A DNA stretch of 64,000 nucleotides from Alphaproteobacteria bacterium (lineage in GTDB: Bacteria; Pseudomonadota; Alphaproteobacteria; UBA828): the NCBI GenBank assembly GCA_965220745.1, contig CBDCQT010000010.1, forward strand, positions 750,702 to 814,701, in the 5' to 3' direction. This document shows positions 9,515-20,337 of the stretch, in pieces (the stretch's first letter is position 1; each line of letters begins with the position of its first letter). Below the pieces are notes generated by a model. It was not told where the DNA came from, searched no databases, and was given only the letters and a program-made list of their open reading frames with translations. Position numbers and translations under genes: made by a program.

Positions 9515-10355
9515 GGCCGCGTACTCATAAAGTAATTGTCGGCGAGCGCGAATCATGATTCAAGCTCCCAAATTGCGGGAGCCTGCCGATGAACCGCTAC
9601 GACCTGACCGACTTCGAGTGGGGCGTGATCGAACCGTTGCTGCCGAACAAGCCTCGCGGCGTCCCCCGCGTGGACGACCGGCGCGTGCTCAACGGCATTA
9701 TGTGGGTGCTCCGTTCCGGCGCTCCCTGGCGGGACCTGCCGGAGCGCTACGGGCCCTACACCACCTGTTACAACCGCTTCAATCGCTGGCGCAAGAACGG
9801 GGTGTGGGATCGCCTTATGGACGCCATCGTTGAGGCTTACGACGGCGACATACAGATGATCGACAGTTCCAGCGTCCGGGTTCACCAGCACGCAGCGGGC
9901 TCAAAAAGGGGGGTCCGGATCGTTGCATGGGTCGTTCCCGAGGCGGACTGACGACGAAGATTCACACCGTAGTCGACGCCAGCGGACTGCCGCTCCGCTT
10001 CGCCTTGAGCCCCGGTCAGGCCCACGACAGCACGCTTGCCGGAGCTTTGCTGGACGATCACCTGCCGCCCGACAGTTTCGTGCTCGCCGACAAGGCCTAC
10101 GACGCCGATTGGATCAGGGCGATGATCGAGGCGCAGGATGCGGTGCCGATCATCCCCGATCGCAGCAGCACCACCAGGACCCATGCCTTCAGCCGCGTGC
10201 TCTATCGCCTGCGCAACCGCGTCGAGCGTTTCTTCAACAAACTCAAACAGTTCCGGCGCATTGCAACGCGCTACGAAAAACTCGCGGCCAACTACCTCGC
10301 CATGATCAAAATCGCCGCAATACGCATCTGGTTGCGTGCTAATGAGTCCACGCCC
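9515..10355 (+). mobile_element. IS5-family (IS427-like) insertion sequence (841 bp)
   Basis: Imperfect TIRs GGCCGCGTACTCAT / ATGAGTCCACGCCC, flanking TA dinucleotides (9513-9514, 10356-10357) and two overlapping transposase ORFs. Confidence 0.88.
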
Positions 10356-10358
10356 TAG
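9589..10358 (+). CDS. IS5-family transposase, orfA (9589-9951) plus orfB (9927-10358) joined by a probable -1 frameshift
   Basis: orfA: DLTDFEW, DDRRVLNGI, WRDLPERYG, IDSSSVRVHQH. orfB: GRSRGGLTTKIH, ADKAYD, RNRVERFFNKLKQFRRIATRYEK. Slippery run AAAAAGGGGGG at 9903-9913. Confidence 0.9.
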
Positions 10359-11792
10359 TACTACAGTTGCATATTAGTCGATGATGTGATGTCCTCGCTG
10401 CGTGATGGACGGGAAGAGGGGGAATGATGAGTATCGCGGCCTGGTCCGGTTCCCTCGTGGAGTGGGAGGGTGAGCTGTCGTCGCTGAAGGCGCGTCTTGG
10501 CCCGGTCTTCGGCCGGCGCGAGCTTCGCGAGACGGGAAGCGCGTTTCTGGATGGCCTCCTGTCGGGGATTGCGCGCAAGACCGGATGGATGCTGTCGGAG
10601 CACGCGGGCTTTGAACGTCCCTGGCGGATCCAGGGCCTCCTGGGCCGAAACCGCTGGGATGCTGACGCGCTGCGCGACGAGGTGCGTGCCTATGTCGTGG
10701 AAGCGCTCGGTTGCGAGGACGGCGTCCTGGTGGTGGACGAGACAGGCTTTCTGAAGAAGGGGCGTCACTCGGTCGGGGTCGCACGCCAGTACACGGGGAC
10801 TGCAGGCCGCATCGAGAACAGCCAGGTCGGTGTCTTTCTCGCCTATGCCGGCCGTTTCGGCCAGGCCCTGATCGACCGGCGCCTGTACTTGCCGAAGGAT
10901 TGGGCCTCGGATGAGGCCCGGCGGGCGAAGACGGGCGTCCCGGCCGACCTGACCTTCGCCACCAAGCCCGCGCTGGCACGGGAGATGGTGGCGCGCGCCC
11001 TGGATGCGGGCGTTCCCTGTGCGTGGGTCCTGGCCGATGCGGTCTACGGGTCGGACTTCGGCCTGCGCTCCATGCTGGAGGAGCGAGGACAGGCCTACGT
11101 GCTGGCGATACGCAGCAACCATCATCTGCGCTTCATCGACGCCGCGGGCTTGATTGAAACGACCCCTGCTCAGATCGCCGACGGTCTTGACCACGACGCC
11201 TGGTCGGCCCATGCCGCCGGCGAGGGCAGCAAGGGTCTGCGGCTCTACCACTGGGCGCGGTTCGCTCTGCCCTGGGACTGCCCCTCGGGCTGGCAACGCT
11301 GGCTCCTGATCCGCCGCTCCCGGAAAGACCCGGAGAAGCGGGCCTACTATCTTGTCTTCTGTCCCGTCGCCACGAGCCTTGCCGAGCTGGCAGGCGCCGC
11401 CGGTCTGCGCTGGACCATCGAGGAATGCTTTCAGCGGGCCAAGGACGACCTCGGCCTCGATCACTGCGAGGCCCGCTCCTGGCACGGCTGGCACCGCCAC
11501 ATGAGCCTCGTCATGGCCGCCGCCGCCTTCCTTGCCAAGGTGACTGCCGACATGCGCCGCATGGCATGCCGCAAACGGAACAAATCGAGTCCAGTCATGG
11601 CAACAGCCGTCTCGCCGCCATGAACGCTCTCGTGCCGACAGTGCCGGAGGTCCGCCATCTGCTCGCCAAGCTCCTTCTCAGGCCGCCGATCTGTGCCGCG
11701 TTCGTCATGCAGTGGTCTCTCTGGCGACGAAGACACCAAGCCCGTGCCGCACGAGCCCATTACAAACATCGCCACAAAACGCAACTGTAGTA
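10359..11792 (+). mobile_element. IS701-family insertion sequence, copy 2 (apparently identical to copy 1)
   Basis: Same TIRs and identical ORF translations at a constant 2281-bp offset. CTAG target duplication at 10355-10358 and 11793-11796. Confidence 0.93.
10424..11623 (+). CDS. IS701-family DDE transposase (copy 2)
   Basis: Translation identical to 8143..9342. Confidence 0.95.
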   Translation: MMSIAAWSGSLVEWEGELSSLKARLGPVFGRRELRETGSAFLDGLLSGIARKTGWMLSEHAGFERPWRIQGLLGRNRWDADALRDEVRAYVVEALGCEDGVLVVDETGFLKKGRHSVGVARQYTGTAGRIENSQVGVFLAYAGRFGQALIDRRLYLPKDWASDEARRAKTGVPADLTFATKPALAREMVARALDAGVPCAWVLADAVYGSDFGLRSMLEERGQAYVLAIRSNHHLRFIDAAGLIETTPAQIADGLDHDAWSAHAAGEGSKGLRLYHWARFALPWDCPSGWQRWLLIRRSRKDPEKRAYYLVFCPVATSLAELAGAAGLRWTIEECFQRAKDDLGLDHCEARSWHGWHRHMSLVMAAAAFLAKVTADMRRMACRKRNKSSPVMATAVSPP

Positions 11793-11834
11793 CTAGCCTG
11801 GATTTCTAGCCACGGTCGCGGCCGGTTACAGCGC

Positions 11835-12683
11835 TCATGAGCCTCGCTGCTCGTCGAAAAACCGGCAGAGCTCGCCGTTGGGCACCTGCCCTTCGGAATA
11901 GGTGAAGGTGCCGCGGTCACGCATTTCCTCCGCCGCCCGACGTATGACGCCGAACGTGGCCCGAGCCAGCGAGCCGCCGATGCTCACCCGCTTCACGCCC
12001 AGGTCCTCGAGCTGGCTCACGCTCATCGGACTGCCGGCAAGGCCCATGACCACGTTGACCGGCCCGTCGACCTCCCTCACCAGCCGGCCGATGGTCTCGG
12101 GGTCCTTGACGCCGGGGACGTAGAGGCAGTCCGCACCCGCTTCCCGATACATGTTGACCCTCGTCACCGACTCCTCGAACGGGTTCGGATGCCCCATGAG
12201 GTAGCACTCGGCCCTCGCGGTCAGCGTGAACGGAAACGGCAGGGACGCGGCAGCGCTCGCCGCAGCCTCGATCCTCTCCACCGATAGCGCCCGATCGTAG
12301 AGATCGCCGGTGCCGTAAGCGGCGGCATAGTCCTCGATGCTGGCCGCCACCGCGCCGGTCTCGGCCGCCAGGCGGATGGTCTTGGCCACCTCTTCCGGCG
12401 AATGTCCGTAGCCGTTCTCCGCATCCATGCTGACGGGTATCCGGAGCGCGCCTGCAATCCGTTCGGTCTCCTCCAGCGCCGCTTGGCGGGTGAGCACGCC
12501 TTCGTAGTCGGGGAGACCGAGGCAGAATGCGATCCCCGCGCTGCTGGTGCCGACGGCGGGGAAGCCCGCAGCCTCCAGCATGTAGGCGCTGCCGGCGTTC
12601 CATGCGTTCGGCATCACGAATATGCCGTCGGCCAGATGCAGGTCCTTGAATGCCTGCCCCTTGGTTGTCTGCGCTTCGCTCAA
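11835..12683 (-). CDS. Isocitrate lyase/PEP mutase family protein
   Basis: MPNAWNAGSA, GTSSAGIA, DAENGYG, IED, LTARAE, YREAGADCLYVPG and LGVKRVSIG. TTG start after an AGGAG RBS. Confidence 0.88.
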   Translation of the reverse strand: MSEAQTTKGQAFKDLHLADGIFVMPNAWNAGSAYMLEAAGFPAVGTSSAGIAFCLGLPDYEGVLTRQAALEETERIAGALRIPVSMDAENGYGHSPEEVAKTIRLAAETGAVAASIEDYAAAYGTGDLYDRALSVERIEAAASAAASLPFPFTLTARAECYLMGHPNPFEESVTRVNMYREAGADCLYVPGVKDPETIGRLVREVDGPVNVVMGLAGSPMSVSQLEDLGVKRVSIGGSLARATFGVIRRAAEEMRDRGTFTYSEGQVPNGELCRFFDEQRGS

Positions 12684-12713
12684 CGGATCGTCTCCTGCGT
12701 TATCGGCGGCTGG

Positions 12714-13616
12714 TCAACCGGCGGACTCCACCGCATCCACGAAGGAGTCGACGAGGTTGTCCGAGGCGTTGACGACGTGCTCCGGTCCGGGGAAGCGGCC
12801 CTCGTGGACATCGGCGACGAATTCCCGGAAGCCGGCCAGCCGCTCGGCCTGCATCGCCTGCTTCATCTTGTAGAGGTGCCGGTACTGCTTCGAGTGCCGG
12901 GGGTAGGGAGGCGGGTTGTTGCCGAGGATGTCGTCGGCGAACAGGAACTGGATATCCCCGCCGCTGCCCGCTCCGATGGACGACGTAAGCAGCCGCGTGC
13001 GCTTGCTGATCTCGACCAGCAGCTGCGCGGGGATGACCTCGACCTCCACCGCGTAGGCGCCGGCGTCCTCGAGGGCCTTGATCTCGCGATAGACCCACAT
13101 CGCCTCGTCGAGGGTCTTTCCGACCGCGCGCAACCCCCCGGTCCATGTGCTCTTGCGGGGGACCAGCCCCGCGTGGCCCTGGATCGGGATGCCCGCGTCG
13201 GCCGCCGCCGCCACGAAGCGGGGGCTCCACTGGCACATGATCGCGTCCGCCCCGAGCGCCATCGCATCGTAGCCGATGCGGACCGCTTCGACCTCGCTCG
13301 CGGCGGCGACGAGCGGCACGGAAAAGGCCATGAACGTGTTGGGGGCTGCGCGCCGGATCGCCGCCGTGAGCTCGGGTTGGCGGGGATCGAAGCGCGCCTT
13401 CATGGTATCGATACCGGCCTCCTCGGCGGCCGCCGCTTCCTCCGGGGAGAACGGCAGGGTCTCCACCAGCACGCGCTTTCCCTTCTGATCTCGCAGGTCC
13501 TTCACGGTGTAGTTGCGGGTCCCGTACGCACCCCCGAGGGTCATGACCCGCTTCAGCCCGCGCGCCGCCGCATCTCTGGGCGGAATGCCTCCGTCCCCGG
13601 TCGCGTGGCTGGTCAT
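12714..13616 (-). CDS. PanB-like (ketopantoate hydroxymethyltransferase family) protein
   Basis: GIPIQGHAGLVP, GGLRAVGK, LEDAGAYAVEVE, SIGAG, ADDILG and GRFP. Start uncertain (13616 or 13544). Lacks the canonical LVGDS motif. Confidence 0.75.
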   Translation of the reverse strand: MTSHATGDGGIPPRDAAARGLKRVMTLGGAYGTRNYTVKDLRDQKGKRVLVETLPFSPEEAAAAEEAGIDTMKARFDPRQPELTAAIRRAAPNTFMAFSVPLVAAASEVEAVRIGYDAMALGADAIMCQWSPRFVAAAADAGIPIQGHAGLVPRKSTWTGGLRAVGKTLDEAMWVYREIKALEDAGAYAVEVEVIPAQLLVEISKRTRLLTSSIGAGSGGDIQFLFADDILGNNPPPYPRHSKQYRHLYKMKQAMQAERLAGFREFVADVHEGRFPGPEHVVNASDNLVDSFVDAVESAG

Positions 13617-13827
13617 GGCTCTTCTCCTTGCTCGCGGTGCTCTGCGAGGCACGTTACCAGAGTTTGCCGAGCGCGTTCGTTCGCGTGGCCCGGTCACGCG
13701 CACGGCGGCCGCGTCCGGTTGGGAACCGGTTCGTGCCGCGCCCGGAAACGCGCTGCGGCGGCACCGGAACCCGGCGCCGCCGCGAGTCATGCGAGTTCGT
13801 CTTCAGGCGCCCGTGGGCGCGTCGGCC

Positions 13828-14631
13828 TCAGGCGGGGCTAGCCGCCGTCGCATCGGCCGGAGAGTGAGCCTTCACCTTCGGGGTCCGAGCGCTCTTGCGC
13901 ATGTCGGTCTTGACGTACTTCGTCGAGTAGCCGTTGAAGAGGTGCCCAAGCAGGCCACGATCGAGATCCGACGTCCCGAACATCCAGTCGGCGATGGGGA
14001 ACGTCAGGTTCATGTTCCGCTCCATCATGATCGACTGGTTGTGGTGCGCCGCGTGGTGGCGCCGGATCGTGTTCACGAACGGGCAGTAGCGCACGAACCG
14101 GTTCTCATCGATGTGGCAGCAGAAGTGCATGAACTCGTAGAGCAGATAGAGGCTGGTCGTGGTGGCGATGACGAGCCAGCCCACGTTCGCCGAGATGACG
14201 AAGCCTGCGATCAGCGCCGGCGGCGTCGACATGAGGATGAACACGACAAGCGCGTAGGGCGGGAAGACGGTCACACGCCAATCATGCTGGCCGGCGAAGC
14301 GCATCTCCTTGTCGGTGAAGAACTGGTGGTGCATGAGCATGTGGCGCGTGTAGATGGCGCGGAAGCCCTTCCACTTGCGCGGACGGTGCATGACCTGGAC
14401 ATGGAGCAGCCACTCGAAGATGTTGCTCGCCAGCAGCACTACGGGAATCGTGAGCCACTCCCACCACAGCATGGTCCCGACATGGGAGAGACAGACGTAG
14501 AGCGCGCAGGCGCCGATGAGGTAGATGATCGCGACGTGCAGATAGCCGTTGTACCAGGCTGCGATGCGCTCCCGGTAGACCTCACGGTAAATCCGCTGGC
14601 GCTCGTCCATCGGTGAGTTCGCGAGTTCCAT
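13828..14631 (-). CDS. Fatty acid hydroxylase/sterol desaturase family membrane di-iron enzyme
   Basis: His boxes EWLLHVQVMH, HMLMHH, EFMHFCCH and RRHHAAHH, plus NMNLTFPIADWMFGT. Confidence 0.85.
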   Translation of the reverse strand: MELANSPMDERQRIYREVYRERIAAWYNGYLHVAIIYLIGACALYVCLSHVGTMLWWEWLTIPVVLLASNIFEWLLHVQVMHRPRKWKGFRAIYTRHMLMHHQFFTDKEMRFAGQHDWRVTVFPPYALVVFILMSTPPALIAGFVISANVGWLVIATTTSLYLLYEFMHFCCHIDENRFVRYCPFVNTIRRHHAAHHNQSIMMERNMNLTFPIADWMFGTSDLDRGLLGHLFNGYSTKYVKTDMRKSARTPKVKAHSPADATAASPA

Positions 14632-14788
14632 GGTCGTGCCCCCTGTGCCCCGTGTTTGAGCGCTGGCGCGCCAAGGCATTCCGAGAGTAATATATTAGTC
14701 GAATATCAACGGCAAAACAAGCATGCTGCTGCCCTGATTGAGGATATTGCGGCGTGCAGGCGCGAGGGCTTCGGCATCGCCATGTCGC

Positions 14789-15472
14789 CTACCAGTCCAC
14801 CGCCGCCCGGGTGATCGATTCGATGTATTCGAGTAGGGCATCGCTCGCCATTGCCGCCGCCGCCTCGTCTCCCGCCGCGATCGCGTTGGCGATGTCGGCA
14901 TGGAGTCGCGCGATCAACGAGAGATCGCCGTCCTGGCGGTGGTGCATGAACCAGAACCGCCGCGAAAGGCCGGCCATCAACGAGATCGCTTCGGACGCGA
15001 ACTCATTGCGGGTCGCCTGGCTCACCAGCACGTTGAACTCGCGATCGAGGCGCATGAAGCGGATGTCGTCGCCCGCATCGGCGCTCTCGTATATCGCGCG
15101 GGCGATTGCCGCGAAACGGGCGCGCTCTTCGGTCGTTGCGCGAGACGCGGCAGAGCGAACCATCAGCCGCTCTAGCTCGCGGCGCACCTCCAGCATCCGG
15201 AGCTGCTTGCCGACGTTGAACTCCGAGACGAGGACACCGCGCCGGGGGAGCACCGTGACCAGCCCTTCCCGCGCCAGGCGCTGCAACGCCTCGCGCACCG
15301 GCGTGCGTCCGATGCCCAGCGTCTTCGAGAGCGCACCTTCGGAGAGCACCTCGCCGGGCTCGAGCCTGAGCGTGCAGATCATCTCCTCGAGCGCGACGTA
15401 TGCTTGGTCCGTGAGGCTGCGGTCGGGGTCCGTGCGCGGGCCCGCATCCGACTCTCTCTCACTCACGCTCAA
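14789..15472 (-). CDS. GntR-family (FCD domain) transcriptional regulator
   Basis: SLTDQAY...LEPGEVLSE...GIGRTPVREALQRL winged HTH followed by an FCD domain. Confidence 0.9.
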   Translation of the reverse strand: MSVSERESDAGPRTDPDRSLTDQAYVALEEMICTLRLEPGEVLSEGALSKTLGIGRTPVREALQRLAREGLVTVLPRRGVLVSEFNVGKQLRMLEVRRELERLMVRSAASRATTEERARFAAIARAIYESADAGDDIRFMRLDREFNVLVSQATRNEFASEAISLMAGLSRRFWFMHHRQDGDLSLIARLHADIANAIAAGDEAAAAMASDALLEYIESITRAAVDW

Positions 15473-15560
15473 GTGCGGCTCCGATACGCGAAAGCATGTT
15501 CGGAAATGGGATGCTTCGACGATTGCGGCGGCGCGTCCCGGCTGCCCGGATGCCGGTATG

Positions 15561-15589
15561 CTAGCCCGCCATTCTCACCACGGCCATGG
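15561..15589 (+). repeat. Solo copy of the dispersed MITE-end repeat
   Basis: CTAGCCCGCCATTCTCACCACGGCCATGG matches the reverse complement of the MITE right end (44518-44546) at 24 of 29 positions. Confidence 0.6.
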
Positions 15590-15649
15590 CGTGTGTGGCG
15601 CGGACGATTCTACGATGTGCGACGCTCAGCCCCGCTTCGGAGCAACGCC

Positions 15650-15955
15650 ATGAAGACCTATGCCGGGGATCGCACCATCGACGGGCTCGTCGTCACCGTT
15701 GACGGCGAGCTCCTGGACCAGAGGCTCGACATACGGCGCTTCAGCGAGACCGGCTTCGAGTGGACCTATGAAGGTCCGCAGTCGCGTCAGCTCGCGCTCG
15801 CGATCCTGGCCGATCACCTCGGTGCAGGCGAGGAGGCGCGCGCCCTCGACCTTGTCGAGCCGTTCATGCGCGGCGTCGTGGCGAACTTCGACAACACGTG
15901 GGAGATGACGAGCGCCGACGTGGCCGCGGCAATCGACGCGTTCGACTCCACCTGA
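15650..15955 (+). CDS. DUF6166-like protein
   Basis: GFEWTYEGPQSRQLALAILADHLG signature. ATG at 15650. Confidence 0.7.
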   Translation: MKTYAGDRTIDGLVVTVDGELLDQRLDIRRFSETGFEWTYEGPQSRQLALAILADHLGAGEEARALDLVEPFMRGVVANFDNTWEMTSADVAAAIDAFDST

Positions 15956-15975
15956 GATTGCGAAGGAACCGGGCG

Positions 15976-16170
15976 ATGCCCAGCAACTACAAGATTCTCG
16001 TCTCCGTGCTCGCCCTCGCGCTCTGCGTGGCGGTGTTTTTCCTCGACGACAGCACCGGGATCGTGCGCTGGGTGACCCTCGCCCTGGGGCCGCTGATGGC
16101 CGGCGCGATCTGGGTTCTGCCCGAAGCCAAGTCGAAGGAAATCCGAAAGGAAGTCGCCAACCGGCGCTGA
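15976..16170 (+). CDS. Small two-TM hypothetical membrane protein
   Basis: 64 aa with two hydrophobic helices, tightly packed between the DUF6166 gene and sat. Confidence 0.65.
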   Translation: MPSNYKILVSVLALALCVAVFFLDDSTGIVRWVTLALGPLMAGAIWVLPEAKSKEIRKEVANRR

Positions 16171-16176
16171 CACCCC

Positions 16177-17436
16177 ATGTCGACGCTGATCCCTCCGCAC
16201 GGCGACGGCCCCCTGAAGCCCCTGCTGCTGGCCGGAGAGGAGCGGGACGAGGCGCTGAAGCGGGCGCGCACACTGAAGCGGCTGCCGCTTTCCACCCGCG
16301 AGGTCTCGGACCTCTTCATGCTCGCCATGGGCGCCTACACGCCGCTCGAAGGCTTCATGGGCGCGGCCGACTGGCGCGGCGCGTGCCTGGAGATGCGCCT
16401 GGAGAACGGGCTCTTCTGGCCGCTGCCCATCACGGTTTCCTGCGGCGAGGATTTCGCCGTGGCCGTCGGCGACGAGGTGGCACTGACCGACGAAGGCGGG
16501 GAGATCCTCGGTGTCCTCGCGGTCAGCGAGACATACGCCATCGACAAGGCCCTCGAATGCCGCGAGGTCTACCGCACCAACGACGAGGCCCATCCCGGCG
16601 TCGCCAAGGTCATGGCGCAGGGCGCGGTCAACCTCGCAGGTCCGGTCTCGGTTCTCTCCGAGGGCGACTTTCCCGAGACCTACCGAGGGCTCTACCTGCG
16701 CCCCGCCGAAACCCGGGCGCTCTTCGCCGAGAAGGGCTGGTCAACGGTCGCTGCCTTCCAGACCCGCAACCCCATGCACCGCAGTCACGAGTTTCTCGCC
16801 AAGGTCGCGCTTGAGGTGTGCGACGGGGTGCTGATTCACCAGGTCTTGGGCGCGCTCAAGCAGGGCGACATCCCGGCCGACGTCCGGGTCCGCGCCATTG
16901 ACTGGCTGGTCGCCAACCACTTCGCGGAGGGGACGGTGATCCAGGCCGGCTATCCCATCGAGATGCGCTACGCCGGCCCGCGGGAGGCCCTGCTGCACGC
17001 CCTCTTCCGCCAGAACTTCGGGTGCTCGCACTTAGTTGTCGGGCGCGACCATGCCGGGCTCGGCGGCTACCACGGGCCCTACGACGCGCACCGCATCTTC
17101 GACGAGATCGGCGCGGACAGCCTCGCCATCCGGCCGCTCAAGATCGACGACACCTTCCATTGCTTCGACTGTCGGGGCATGGCGACGGGGAACGTCTGCT
17201 TCGCCGCCGATGGCGGGATTGAACCGCCAGGCGAGGCGGAGCGCCATCGCGCGGTGGCGGCAGTGGCGACCGGCGATGCCGAGGGTCGGCCCTGCCGCCA
17301 CAGCGACGACGGGAAGCTCCGCATCTCGGGCACTCGGCTGCGCGAGATGTTTGCTGGCGGCGAGGCGATCCCGCCCGAATACAGCCGCGATGGCGTGGTC
17401 GCCATCCTCCAGGCCTACTACGACGGCACCTCGTGA
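16177..17436 (+). CDS. sat: Sulfate adenylyltransferase (ATP sulfurylase)
   Basis: [47 protein letters not shown] and ISGT. Confidence 0.95.
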   Translation: MSTLIPPHGDGPLKPLLLAGEERDEALKRARTLKRLPLSTREVSDLFMLAMGAYTPLEGFMGAADWRGACLEMRLENGLFWPLPITVSCGEDFAVAVGDEVALTDEGGEILGVLAVSETYAIDKALECREVYRTNDEAHPGVAKVMAQGAVNLAGPVSVLSEGDFPETYRGLYLRPAETRALFAEKGWSTVAAFQTRNPMHRSHEFLAKVALEVCDGVLIHQVLGALKQGDIPADVRVRAIDWLVANHFAEGTVIQAGYPIEMRYAGPREALLHALFRQNFGCSHLVVGRDHAGLGGYHGPYDAHRIFDEIGADSLAIRPLKIDDTFHCFDCRGMATGNVCFAADGGIEPPGEAERHRAVAAVATGDAEGRPCRHSDDGKLRISGTRLREMFAGGEAIPPEYSRDGVVAILQAYYDGTS

Positions 17437-17628
17437 CGCTCTATGATGACGGGAGCGAGGCCGTCGTTGACGGATTCGCAACAGGCCGCGACCGCGGCCC
17501 GCCGCGTTAGCGGCGCCCTCGCGGAGGCGCCGGCCGCAGGCCGGCTGCCGTGAGCGAAAAACTGCCGGAGCGGTTCCGTGTAAAACGGAAACGCTTCGGC
17601 GGGAGCAACAAGGGAACGGAGGAGCATC

Positions 17629-18537
17629 ATGGCGGAGGTATCTTCAGGCGGACGCGATCTGGTGGGCTACGGCGCCAACCCGCCGGCGATCCCCTGGCCG
17701 AACGGGGCGCGGCTCGCGATCTCGGTGGTGGTGAACTACGAGGAAGGCTCGGAGTATTCACATGCCATGGGCGATGCGCACCAGGAAGGGCTCACCGAGT
17801 TCGGCAACTACTCGCTGCCCGAGAGCTACCGCAACCTCGCCATGGAATCGATGTTCGAGTACGGCTCCCGCGCCGGTGTCTGGCGCCTCCTGCGCCTCTT
17901 CGACGAAACCGGGATCAAGTCCACCTTCTATGCCTGCGCCGTCGCCTTCGAGCAGAACCCGGCGGTCGCCCGCGCGGTCGTCGCCGGCGGCCACGAGGTG
18001 TGCAGCCACGGCTGGCGCTGGGAGGAGGTGTTCCGCCTCTCGCGGGAGGAGGAGCGCGAGCACATCCGGCTCGCCATCGAGTCCTTCGAGCGCACCTGCG
18101 GCAAGCGGCCGGTGGGCTGGTACTGCCGCTTCGGGCCCTCGGTCCATACCCGCGAGCTGGTGGTGGAGGACGGCGGCTTCATCTACGATTCTGACGCCTA
18201 CAACGACGACCTGCCCTACTTCGTGGAGGTCTCGGGCAAGCGCCATCTGGTGGTGCCCTATACGTGCGATATCAATGACTTCTCCTTCTGGACGGCACCC
18301 GGCTTCCTCACCGCCGAGCACTTCTATCAATACGCGCGGGACAGCTTCGACACGCTCTACGCCGAATCCGCGACCTGCCCGAAGATGATGTCCATCGGCC
18401 TGCACCCCCGCATGATCGGCCGCCCCGGCCGTATCGCTGGGCTCAGCCGCTTCATCGAGCACGCGCAGGCACACGAGGGCGTCTGGTTCGCAACCCGCGA
18501 GGAAATCGCCCGCCACTGGCAGGAGGTGGCGGGATAG
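17629..18537 (+). CDS. Polysaccharide deacetylase family / PuuE allantoinase-like protein
   Basis: RDLVGYG, WPNGARLA, NYEEGSE, EYGSRAGVWR, SHGWRW, YDSDAYNDDLP and GLHPRMIGRPGR. Confidence 0.85.
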   Translation: MAEVSSGGRDLVGYGANPPAIPWPNGARLAISVVVNYEEGSEYSHAMGDAHQEGLTEFGNYSLPESYRNLAMESMFEYGSRAGVWRLLRLFDETGIKSTFYACAVAFEQNPAVARAVVAGGHEVCSHGWRWEEVFRLSREEEREHIRLAIESFERTCGKRPVGWYCRFGPSVHTRELVVEDGGFIYDSDAYNDDLPYFVEVSGKRHLVVPYTCDINDFSFWTAPGFLTAEHFYQYARDSFDTLYAESATCPKMMSIGLHPRMIGRPGRIAGLSRFIEHAQAHEGVWFATREEIARHWQEVAG

Positions 18538-18546
18538 GGAGGAGAG

Positions 18547-20314
<1,768 letters not shown>

Positions 20315-20337
20315 CGGTGACCGACCTTGCCGGGGCC

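Noticed and set aside
14688-14697. TAATATATTA palindrome upstream of the hydroxylase gene
   Set aside because: Plausible GntR site, but short and AT-only, so it cannot be told apart from a promoter -10 region.
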